DNA of 61,338 nt, the filler included, from Sphacelaria rigidula (taxonomy: Eukaryota), in assembly GCA_964200075.2 (NCBI GenBank). It is 8 parts of 8 records of this genome, joined end to end, with 100 filler letters (N's around TTAATTAATTAA, not from the genome) between each part and the next. Parts side by side here need not be neighbours in the genome. Positions count along the whole stretch, not along the records: positions 1 to 7,580 come from CAXNAA020014239.1; positions 7,681 to 15,260 come from CAXNAA020014240.1; 6 more parts are not named here. One strand, given 5' to 3'. The position numbers and the translations under genes are program-made. The notes beneath the pieces were generated by a model. That model was not told where the DNA came from. It made no database searches and saw only the letters and a program-made list of their open reading frames with translations. Position 1 is the stretch's first letter, and each line of letters begins with the position of its first letter. Shown here piece by piece: positions 1 through 10,216 of this stretch.

Positions 1-529
1 CGCCAGTTGAGGGGGGCGTATGAGAGGTCAAACACTTGTAGGGACCTTTTTGACATGCGGAGTGAAAAAAGATACCTATGGTGGTGACCTAACTGTTGCT
101 AGCGTGGCGCATAGGCAATCTGCAGCACACATACGGTGGCCGCGTCGACAGCTCGGTACAGCACGAGTACCTTCCCATAAGTAATGATTACTCCGATGTC
201 AGGAGGTCATGGATTATCACAACTGAGTCATCCTACGATAGGAAAGTGGTATTTGATTGCAGGTAAAAAAGTATATGGGAGGGGTCACGTTTTGGGCATT
301 TGTTTTTTTCAATTCTGTTTTTTTTCAAAAAGTTCTGACTGGTTCTGAAAATATTGATTGCCCTGTGTCCAGGGCGCTTCCAATTTCAATTTATTTCGGT
401 GTTCGTGACGTTGCCGTCTCGGATTTCGGCGGTGAAACCGGAGTGGTCTCGGCTGGGCCTTTCTACTCTGAAGTGAAAAGATCTGCCCGTAACTTATTTT
501 GTAATTTACACGTGGTATCTACCTTCCGT

Positions 530-780
530 GGTTCGGACGAATCATCGCCGATTTGAATAACCAAATCCACGATTTCTTAGACCTGGTTGCTCTAAAAAGA
601 GAAAACAGTCGACCGCTGGTCAAACAGGTCTCCACGCAACTGTTGCGCCATTCCACGTGCCCGGGCTACGCGTACCTGGGTTGCAACGCTGAAAACAAAG
701 CCTAAGGGTTGATTCGTACGGTGTGAATCAATTACACTAAAAATCGAATATTTTCTGGACGAATCATTGATTCGTCCCCT
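530..780 (+). repeat. Dispersed ~250-bp repeat (copy 1 of 2; other copy ~19850-20093)
   Basis: TTCGGACGAATCATCGCC...CCACGATTT...CCACGTGCC...GTACCTGGGTTG...CTGAAAACAAAGCC...GATTCGTAC is shared colinearly with contig 3. Probably a non-autonomous DNA element; termini not resolved. Confidence 0.75.
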
Positions 781-1739
781 GCTATCTTCGTACGGTAGGC
801 AGTGGAGGGACTAGTGGACTTGCTTCAGTACCAAAACGCCCAGGTATTTGTCATATATATGTAAATGTTTCGTCTTGTGTCTCGTTCGAATCACGTGTTT
901 CATACGGCCTGTACTGCAGTATGGTTGCGTCCTAGCATTCCCTGCCAAAAACTACGCTTCCCGCGCCTCGTACACAGTTCATGATAACCAGAGCATGTCG
1001 GTGGCGTACATATAATGCATATCCGTTTTTGAACTGGTACGGTGTATACTATTTAGTACAACACGCAGCATGCGGGGGTTCTATCGAAAAACAAGTGGTT
1101 CACCACAATCCAAGCGTAACAACGATGGACTCGCTGGCATCTCGTCTGCGTGTTTTCGAATGAAGCGTGATAAACATGAGGAGCACTACCGTGACGGGCT
1201 GCACAAGGGAGTACAGCGCTTTACGCACAAGCTCGCTGGCACGATGTCGACAACACGGAAACGCTAGCGCGCGTGCCGCTCGAAAATAACACTCTCCGCG
1301 CGTGTAATTTAATTCAATGCGTTTTATTGAATTCAATGCAGAGGTCACCCTAGGGATGTGGAGCTGACACTCCTGTGTACCAACCGCATCATGAGGCATT
1401 CGGCGGTACTACCTGCTCACTGCACAGCAGTAGGGTGCAGGGTGACAAAGCACACCGCAGGACGTGACATCCTTAGCCTATTCCTGTCCTGCATTTATTT
1501 CGCGTTGTCCTATGCAGTTCGCCACATCATGAACGCAGCCGCTTGTATCTGCGGCAAACGTGTAGGCGGGATATCACGCCACGCGCCACAGTATATCGCC
1601 ACATCACATTTTATAAAGCTGTCCGTGTTGCAGCTACAGCGTGCGTTTGCCCCAGGTGGCGCACGCAGGAGTGAAAGGCCGCCTCCGCCGCGGTAATGGC
1701 TGCCTGTATCTTGGGCGAAGTGAAATGGTAACACAGCCG

Positions 1740-1817
1740 CGGCTGGTGCGCCCACATATACCGAAAGGTGGAGACGGGCGTCCAGAATAGATGGGACGAC
1801 AACACACACAACACACT
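1740..1817 (+). mobile_element. 3' fragment of SINE family A with (CA)-rich tail
   Basis: CGGCTGGTGCGCCCACATATACCGAAAGGTG...CGTCCAGAATAGATGGGACGACAACACACAC matches the 3' end of the full copy at 22291-22656. Confidence 0.8.
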
Positions 1818-1929
1818 GTACGCATTACACCTCCAACATCGTGTTCGTACTGACTGTAAAGATCTTCGTCTACGGTTGGGTGCATTTCCATATATACTGC
1901 AGGGTCTGGTAGGTTTCCACCTGTTCATG

Positions 1930-3540
1930 TAGATGTACAGTGTTATTCCTTTTCAATAATATAGAGGCGGTATTTTTGGAGATTAGGCGCCCCAAAACAG
2001 TACACTAGGCGTCTGGTGATACTGAAACTTGACGTATGTGTGGGCTGAAGCCGCAGGTGTTACGGATCGCAGCGTGGCGTGATGGAGATAGTACGATGAT
2101 GGGCCGTCGGTTTCAAAACGACACTATGCCCCGAGGGCTGATCGCGGGAACTAGCTAGTAGTACCGTGGTCAGGGGTGAAGGCGGTGTAATCCGTCAAAA
2201 GACGGCATAAATAAACATGCCTCTTTGCATCTGGTTGGATCCGGTTCTTCACAAGAATCGATCCAGCTGGCACCCTGGGATTCACTCTCTTTTGAGTGCT
2301 GAGGTAAATCCCACCAAGTGGAAAAAGAAATAGAATCGATCTAAAGCGGTGATCAAGATATCGTGACGTTCGTCGTGTATCGTTCTGCATTGGACTTTCC
2401 CACGTGCTGTGAGCTTGCTCTTGTTTCAGGCATAACGGTGAGACTGTAACGAGGCTGATTCAGGCAACGAGCAGATAGATGCAAGAAGATCGGCATGATA
2501 GTAAAACGAACTTTGTGCACAAATGGAATGGTGAAATGTGTAACCCTATAGTAAAAGTAAGTCATATCATGCATGAGCTAGCGAGACATCGTAACTTGCA
2601 TGATCGAAATGCTATTGTTGTTCGCTTTAGTGCTCGACTTGTACAGTAGAGACATGCATGTGGACGACCACTATGGCCAACACTATTCCGTTTGTATCAA
2701 TACACCTATGTAAACCCCCAGAGCAACGCAGACAGATGGCACCCAGGACCAGGACTGACTGAAGGACGTGGGCGATAGACGCACAGTTGCCCGGGGTGCA
2801 CACTTGTACTCGCATAACCTAGGTCATTATACATTATTCCTCTGATTGGTTACCTAATCCTCCGCAATCGCAACGTGGTTGATGCTACTTGAACCGCACT
2901 ATCCTGTATCAATCTTGTTCATAACAGAGCGTGAGCATATTCGTTTATACCATCGAAGTAGACACACTTGGCCGCCCGTATATGCAGTTGACCGGCCACG
3001 CCGATGCGCAGGGCGGTCTCTGGGGAGCTGGATCCTGACCACGGGCGCATGGACTCCCCCTGGCTGTGGCGTGGTACGAAAGTAAAGATGCCCGAGCTCG
3101 TGTCCGAATGCGCAGAAGAATGGCATAGCCGACATCAAGAGAGGACCGTTCCGGCCAGACTCGTACCGTGGAGGAGATTGCACATTTTGGACCACACGTT
3201 CAACATGAAGGAGCTCCTAGAGTTAGGAGCTACACAACAGTATGGATCAGGGCATGCATTTTCCAAATACATTCGAGCCATCCCTAGCCCACTGACTGGG
3301 ATGAAAATCGTGACACGCTCTCACATACGTGATAAGTCGTTTTCAGATGAGACAAAGGGTCCGACTGATTGTTTCGCTCATGATATCCGAGAAAGAGTTA
3401 GTGCAACCCTACCGTGGCATGACTCGCCCCCGAGTCGTTGCCGATCGATGGGTATGACCAACACAACATTGCGGGAGTATATCCACAGGGATATGTGGGA
3501 TGTTGAGACCCTCGGAAATTTGCAAATATACGAATAGAAA
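1930..3540 (+). pseudogene. Highly degenerate Ty3/gypsy pol relic (RT to integrase)
   Basis: LKLDVCVG (~2022) resembles SKLDLxxG, and GRRFQNDTMPRGL (2102-2140) resembles the RT MPFGL motif. ORF 3004..3537 has WLWRG...LVSECAE...PARLVPWRRLHILD...AFSKYIRAIP, resembling the integrase Zn-finger end and PW..I.MD...DxFSKY..xIP core. Many stops and frameshifts. Confidence 0.45.
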
Positions 3541-4749
3541 ATTTTCATTATCCACCTAAGGTTTGAGAACGAGCGGGGCCACGGAATTCGGAGGAGAGGA
3601 GCGCACTCGCAACCACGCGAAGGGGCATCACTGCCGGTGCCGGTGCGTTCTTTACTCTGGAGCTGAAAGCAGCTCTTTAGTTCGAAACTTCCCTTGGAAT
3701 CGACTCAACTAAAACAAAGCAACTCGAAACGCCACCGCTGGTATCTCTCGGACGGTGAACGCGCTCGCCTACTCAAAAGTTCAGGCCTAACTTCTAAACT
3801 TAGTGAACGATCGTCGGAGACGCTTTTTTCTTGTCTCGATTGGAGCGACCAGCTTTGAAAGACACCGTAGATAGAAAGTGTGCAAAAACTGAAAGCTTGG
3901 TGGGAACCACCAGTGTTCATCGTGAGTGGTGCCGCAGCAATCCTCTCTGTCCAAAACTCTTTCACTGCCAAATGACCAAACAACGCATCGAGATGGTTGC
4001 TGGTTTCAAAAACAGGCTTTCGATAATAGTATCAAGAGTGGAGATGTACCGTAGCTGGCTTCAGCAACCAGGTCCAAACACATCACATGTCGACTTTGTC
4101 TCGAACTCCATTACCACTTTTCGGGGGCGGGTACCTCGGCTTCTGGACGCGATCCACTACTTGGATTCAGATCGCAACACCCATCGGCGACGATAGCTCA
4201 ATTCCTTGACTGGTAACGAGCTTTATCATCCTGCGGGGCGAAGGTGATACGTGGCACAGGTACCCTCGAGAAAACGAAGAAGATTACTCTGAAAACGAAC
4301 GTAGCGCCATTACTTTCGACGGTGACGAGCGAGTGGGTATGATGCAGTCATCGCGTGACAATCAACCGCGGGCGCTTTCTCCCAGCTTTCAGACCCCGGG
4401 TTCTCAGGCAGGAGGCAGATGAGTGAAATCAGCTAGGGAAGGTATAACGACCTTATCGCCACTTCACTGCCTGGGGATTCGTTATCCTTGGTGTTCTCGC
4501 CACCGCTCATGATAGATATAGGGATGTATACCAGAGGAACTCATGTTTATTGGGCATATATATATATATATATAGGAGAAAATATGTCGGCATCATATCA
4601 ACGGCTGGATTCGGAACAATCAATTTACCCGCCAATCAAGTACGGCAACGGATTGGCTACGTAGATCCTGCTGAACATTAATAGTTTTGCAGAGGGTGGG
4701 AAGTGGGAGGAACGTGCCAGTGTACTATTCAGCGGTCAAGGTGCAAAAT

Positions 4750-5060
4750 TTGCGGGTGGTGCACCAAGTATTCAGTCATGCAATGCTCGAAGGTACTTGG
4801 TCCTGTGGCCCCTCACAAATCGACGACTATAACCACAGTCCTTGATTAGACTTGGGGAGCACTAGCACTGAGTTGGCGATTCACTCATCCATCGTATCAT
4901 GGTCCCGATTCAACCAATCGCACAAGTTCTTGATAAAGGGGTTCGGCATGAACGTTGTATCTCAAACTGTCGTCAGGCCCGTCGACTGTGTTTTGTATGT
5001 GTCCCTTCAGCCGAGCGATGTTCCGGCCGACTGAACAACGTGCCTTCAAATGTATTATTC
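4750..5060 (-). pseudogene. Degenerate Ty3/gypsy RT N-terminal fragment, opposite orientation
   Basis: Minus strand reads EPLYQELVRLVESG, then after a frameshift ANSVLVLPKSNQGL, and after another VVD. This resembles EL..L...G.I....S.WASPVV.VPK..G.LRL.VD. Confidence 0.45.
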
Positions 5061-7140
5061 GTCATTTTATCTGTTGGTTGTAGTTTCAAACAGTTTCGTC
5101 GCGTGGCAAACGTCGGCAACTTTGCACGTTCGCAGTGACACGTGGATATCAAGCAAGGGTGTTCCTCGTGATCTGTTCACCCATCCAATTGCCCATGCGT
5201 ACTTGAACCACTCCTGTAGCTAGTGCTCCCGCTTGCACAGGCCTATAGTCGGCTTTTACATCGTCCAATGTGCAAAATAGCCCTGGAATGTAAAATAGAC
5301 GTGGGGAGGGGAGGAGGTTATGCCGGAACTGATAGACGTGTCACTCCTTCCTTGTGATATGAGAATCCATTCAATCCAAACATATATTGCGCGAGAAGTT
5401 AAAGCCTACCTCGCTCGTCCAGTATCGCGAGTGTCATCGGATTGGCCAAGAAGTCACGTGTTGAACTCGTTTGGCCGGTTTTGACGGGGACAAGGCTGCA
5501 TTTGCTTGCGCACAGTCTGCTTTTATCTGTACAAACGAGGGATTTTCAGCCTCTTGACCACCGTTTTTCCCCGCAGATTGAGAATTGGAGGCCAGTCCAT
5601 CGGAAAATGTTCCACAAGTCCAACGACTCTTCATTGAGTCGTGATTCTCCACTCCGACGACTAATTTCAGGAATGGAGACGACTGAGAGTCAATTTCAGC
5701 GAACGAGATCGGGAAATGTCGACGCCTAGCGGTCGACTTCTACGACTTCGAAAGATGACGACGACTAAGGGTCGACTCCTACGACTATATTGTAAACGGC
5801 GACGACTGTTTGGCCGAACACAAGCCCCCCGACTCATATTCGTAGTTGTTGGACGTGTCTAATGATTTTCGGCTAGTCGTGACAAAACCAGAGCAACTCT
5901 CCGAGTCTCTGGATGTTGAGCCTGACCCGAAAATGTGTGTACAAAAAAGACATTTGCGGTCCACATCTGACTCTTGCGCGCAGATATTACGCATTGTCTC
6001 AATCCGACCAACGACAGGGAGTGCATGGATCAACGTCCAGAGAGTCGGAGAACGGATGGATCTGGCTACGTCGCAGCCAGCGGAGAAACACTGCCCAACG
6101 GACTGGTGTCCGGAAACGAAATCCGCGGGGAAAATCGTTTTCAGAGTTACTCGAATCTCCAGTTTCGTACAAACCCAGACATGTAGTGCCTATGAAAAGT
6201 GGTCTGGTCCGTGTAGGTTTCTGCCAGCACCTCGTGGTGGAGAATTGTAGTGTTGCGGTAGTATTGGTGCGAGTACTTCAGTTAATATTAGTAATGCGCA
6301 AGTAGTGTGGTCTGTCGGGGCGACGCAATAACACGCGCCAAACCTATCTTCGCCGTATGCGAGAGACCACCGTGTCGGGAGCTGCCAATCAGAGAGCCGG
6401 CACCGCCGACACGGCAACAGCGATCATTCGCGATAAGTTTACGATGGAAATGATCTGTCGAGGGAGTGGCCCGTGTTTTAGCCGACTAGAGGTGAGTGGG
6501 GGGGAGCGAGTTCAACACTGGAACTGATCTACCCCCGCCTTCTCTTCTCACTTGTCAATGTTTTCCTTGGTGCCTGACCTAGCGGTGTGCCCGGTGGTGC
6601 ACGTACATGTTCCACTTCGTCATTAGGCTCCATCGCTACGATATATTGCTTGCTCTCGGGTCTCTCTCGGTTCTCTTCCAATCTCATGTTCCCCCTTGAC
6701 ACTAGGCTCCATCACTGCGGTATCTTACCTCTCCTGTGGTCTCTTTGTCTTTTCCCCTCCCTCGCCGTTTTTCCCCGCTTCCAAGTTCCAGCGTTATGCA
6801 GTAGCCAAGTTCGTGCCTTCCTTTCACAGGGTTCGTGAGTGAGAGGTCACACGCAAACCGTGCGGTTCCCAAGTAGCTGAGCCCCAACCTGCTTCCATAG
6901 CCTTTCCCTGGGTTTGAGTGTATTTTGCGCACAGCCTTCTTCACCTAAAGCCCTGCTGCAGGGTGTGACAATTTTTCGCATCAAAACATTACATTCCATC
7001 GAGACCAGTTCTTCTGTTTGCTTTCTCTTCTTTGCTTTTGTTGTCCTCTTTCCCTTCCCTTGCCTTCCTGCTCTGTTCTCATTTGTTCTTACTCGTTTTG
7101 CCGTTTTCTTTCACTTTTCTTTCCAGAGAGTGTTTGGGTT

Positions 7141-7396
7141 GAGGGATGCTACGGTAGGGGCGCACAAATATTTTATGAGGTTAGATTTATTAGGAGCCCT
7201 TCATCTCATACCAAACACGGCGTATGGAAAATATGAGAGTACACCAGGATTACTATTCTGATGTTCTAGGGATGTTTCGAATAAGTTTGCAAACGGGGTT
7301 GCCCTGACCCATGTTTTTGTGAATCTAAAATCTTGAGGAGCCCCTGAACGAGACACGATTTCGCGCAAAAAGGGCACCCCTACCGTAGCATTGCTC
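7141..7396. mobile_element. 256-bp MITE, GAG...CTC termini, 4-bp TSD GGTT (Sola2-like)
   Basis: TIRs GAGGGATGCTACGGTAGGGG / CCCCTACCGTAGCATTGCTC. GGTT lies at 7137-7140 and 7397-7400. The interior is homologous to 39932-40189. Confidence 0.85.
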
Positions 7397-7400
7397 GGTT

Positions 7401-7500
7401 GTTTCTTTGTACGTTGGGTGCGTCCATCTTCTGACCACGGCTGGATCCCTCGGAGACCAGCCCATGTTCGACAATCGATCCACCGAGCAATCAAAACAAC
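7401..7500 (+). repeat. Repeat family C, probable LINE/SINE 3' end (GACCACGGCTGGATCC followed by an AATC-like tail)
   Basis: Same motif recurs near 20985, 35520 and 54252, most clearly with a pyrimidine-rich tract before and CAAT/AATC-rich sequence after at 54252. Confidence 0.55.
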
Positions 7501-7580
7501 ACAAAACAACAAATTGTGCGAATTGAGGTTTAACCCCGAGATGAGGTTCAAGCCTAAAACAGTGCTTTCCCCACACTTTT

Positions 7581-7680
7581 NNNNNNNNNNNNNNNNNNNN
7601 NNNNNNNNNNNNNNNNNNNNNNNNTTAATTAATTAANNNNNNNNNNNNNNNNNNNNNNNNNNNNNNNNNNNNNNNNNNNN
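7581..7680. other. Artificial contig linker (N-TTAATTAATTAA-N)
   Basis: 100-bp N spacer with a six-frame stop cassette. Confidence 0.98.
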
Positions 7681-9165
7681 AAACTGCGAAGAAGCAAGTA
7701 CACATGACTCGAGATGAACACCGTTTGTCTCGCCCGAAGCACTCTCACCTCCACTGTGTATCCGAACGGCTGCACGGCGGTCTTCATGACCTCTTCAGCA
7801 GAAGTACCGGGGGCAGGAATCCGCAATGCCGGCGGGGTCGTGTCGACCGGCAGCTTCGACGGGAGCAACTCTGGGCCCACATACACTGCGCCGCCGATAT
7901 CATGCTGTCGAAAAATAGAGGGTGAAAACGAGCCGTTGGCAGTTGGAAAGATTGGTGAAAGTTCATGACACCTCTCACAAACGAAAACCTGTGACACCTA
8001 CATGAAGATCCGCCGCTACGGTAATCGGGGAACACGACTATTATGTTCACACGTCTACCGCCTAGCCGTGGTGTGGCTCTCTGTACCTTGAAGAGCCCAG
8101 AGGAGAATGCTTTATGGAACGTCTTCTCTTCGTGATCAGGCACCTCGCCGGAGAGACTGGCATCTGAGAGAAAGAGCTCGATAGGGCGCCCGCCTTGGAG
8201 GGCGATCTCCAGCCGTTGCGTCCTCTCGAGTCCAACACCAAGGACAGCGTCGCCCATGTTGGTGAACCTTCATGGATATGAAGAGGCAACGACGCTGCAT
8301 TAACGACGCAGAAGTGAGACCTCGCTATCCGCGCGGAGTGGTCGATTGCGAGGTTCGTCGCTCAACGAATGAATGAGCGCTTTTTGTGACACGCACCCTG
8401 ATATAGCAGTACATACAACAACCCGCTTGTCGCGTGACGCGTTGCCTTTCACTCGTATGATGGAGAAAAAACAAGACTCAACAGTTTAGTGATGGAACAT
8501 ATCGGAGGAGAAAGTAGAAAAGGACCGAGTGTACACGGTTTGAAAAACTACCAATCCATACAAATATAGACTATGCCTGAGCCGTCTGATAACATCACGA
8601 AGGGTGGAGTAATGCCTTTCATTAACCACCGGACACGCCATCACCTCCAAACGAAGGTGCGCAACAATCCCGGGGGGAAAGAATTTTCGGGGCCACCGGC
8701 CAGAGCTCCTTGCTTGTACGTCAACATCTCGGTGTGCCCGCCGCCGATCTTCTGCCAGCAGTCTGGCATTTTCCCCCTGATTGTGCTGCCGTAGGGGTCT
8801 TCAAATGTGGCCCTCTGATTCACCGTGAAACATTTCCCCTCTTGCTCTGACCGTTTGTGGGCCACCATGATGGCTTCGTGATGTGGGTAGAAATATATTT
8901 TCTCTTCTCTCTTCCGAGAGCCCCCGTGTTTGCTTGAATATTCGATGAGGATAGGGTCTTCTTCAAGCGCCATGGTGTGGTCTTGAGTGATGGCGTCTGT
9001 GACGTGGTGCAGGCGGGTCGGCGACAGCGAGGGCCGGGCCGGGGTGGGCGGTAGGGCGGGGGGGGGGGCATGGTCTTTTTTTGCTCGCCTTCGCCGTTTG
9101 ACCATTGACCGCGCGACACTCAGCCGGAGCACCGTTCCTACACCTGATGAATAAATACTTCCCAC
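7681..9165 (-). pseudogene. Decayed coding relic, possibly a Mutator-like (FAR1/SWIM) transposase
   Basis: ORF 8641..9165 (IYFYPHHEAIMVAHKRSEQEGKCFTV) loosely resembles a FAR1-type N-terminus. ORF 7784..8257 (FKV...VNIIV...SCRCHRF) loosely resembles the start of a SWIM finger. No DDE core seen. Confidence 0.25.
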
Positions 9166-9445
9166 CTTTCGGAACTCATGATGCTTCTTCCATATATGAC
9201 ACGAAGATTTTACAGACTTTATCCCCTTCCTGCTTCACCTTCTGTGGCCACCATCTATCTCCGAGTGTAGCGATCGTTATCTCGCTACAATTCTAGGTGC
9301 CAAACGATGCCATACCACCTTCATTTAAATCCCGAATTTCCCCCTCTATGTATCGCGTGTGGGGTGGTACCTCTGATTCTATTTCCATGCGGGAACCACG
9401 GCCGCGGCACGGCAAATGCGATCGTCCCCGAAGGATGCAAGGCGC

Positions 9446-10186
9446 TCAGCAGTTTGCCCACGAACCGCTTGAAATGCCCTTCACGTGGTCGTCTGTTTGT
9501 GACAGGATACTTTTCTCGGCATCCAAGGAGACGAGGATGAGCTTCGGCTGGCGTGCCACAGACAGGGGGTCGCCTCCATCGATGAGCTCACACCCTCTGC
9601 GAAGTAGGTTTACCGCGTGCGTGGTAGAACTCTTGCGCCTGTGCGGAAAAACAAAGGCCATTCCACACGGTACATGTCGATATCCCACGGAAGAACGCGA
9701 GTGAAGTGCGATCCTGAGGCAGACAACCGAAGACTTAATCTGCGTGCTTACCTTTCCTGCGCATGCGACGTCTATCACCAGTAGCATCGCATCGACCGTC
9801 ACTGGAAATGCCCTGCTACCGCCTTCGGATGAGCTGGTTGTCCAAATCGTTCTAATGGAACCCAACATGAGGTACTTCCAGGCCATCCGAGTCATGTTAG
9901 ACTTCTCGGCAGGCGTACTGTTGGATTGTACTGTGGCTACAATACGTGACTCAGCTCCCATACCGACAGCCCCTCGATTGACGACAGAACATAACGAATC
10001 TAGTCTAGTTTTCAACACTCTTATCTGAGCATCATTCGACCTACAGACAGCTGTCAGCTCTCGTATAGCGTCCAGTATAGTATGCATGGTAAATCCAACA
10101 TCATCCGAATCGTTCTCATATGACTCCACCGGAGGTTCTGGTACCAAGTTAGACACGAACTCTTCTGTTGGTCTCGGCTCTGCCAT
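9446..10186 (-). CDS. Intronless hypothetical protein (acidic N-terminus plus coiled coil), divergent partner of the TFIIS-ribbon ORF
   Basis: 246-aa ORF with an ATG 30 bp from the ATG of 10217..11818. ILDAIRELTAVCRSNDAQIRVLKTRLDSL shows a heptad pattern. The last ~90 aa may be read-through into unrelated flank. Confidence 0.6.
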   Translation of the reverse strand: MAEPRPTEEFVSNLVPEPPVESYENDSDDVGFTMHTILDAIRELTAVCRSNDAQIRVLKTRLDSLCSVVNRGAVGMGAESRIVATVQSNSTPAEKSNMTRMAWKYLMLGSIRTIWTTSSSEGGSRAFPVTVDAMLLVIDVACAGKVSTQIKSSVVCLRIALHSRSSVGYRHVPCGMAFVFPHRRKSSTTHAVNLLRRGCELIDGGDPLSVARQPKLILVSLDAEKSILSQTDDHVKGISSGSWANC

Positions 10187-10216
10187 AGTTTAGGATTTGC
10201 TGTAGCTGTTAGCTCA

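Noticed and set aside
7625-7636. TTAATTAATTAA recurring every 7680 bp as a biological motif
   Set aside because: Synthetic six-frame stop linker embedded in Ns.
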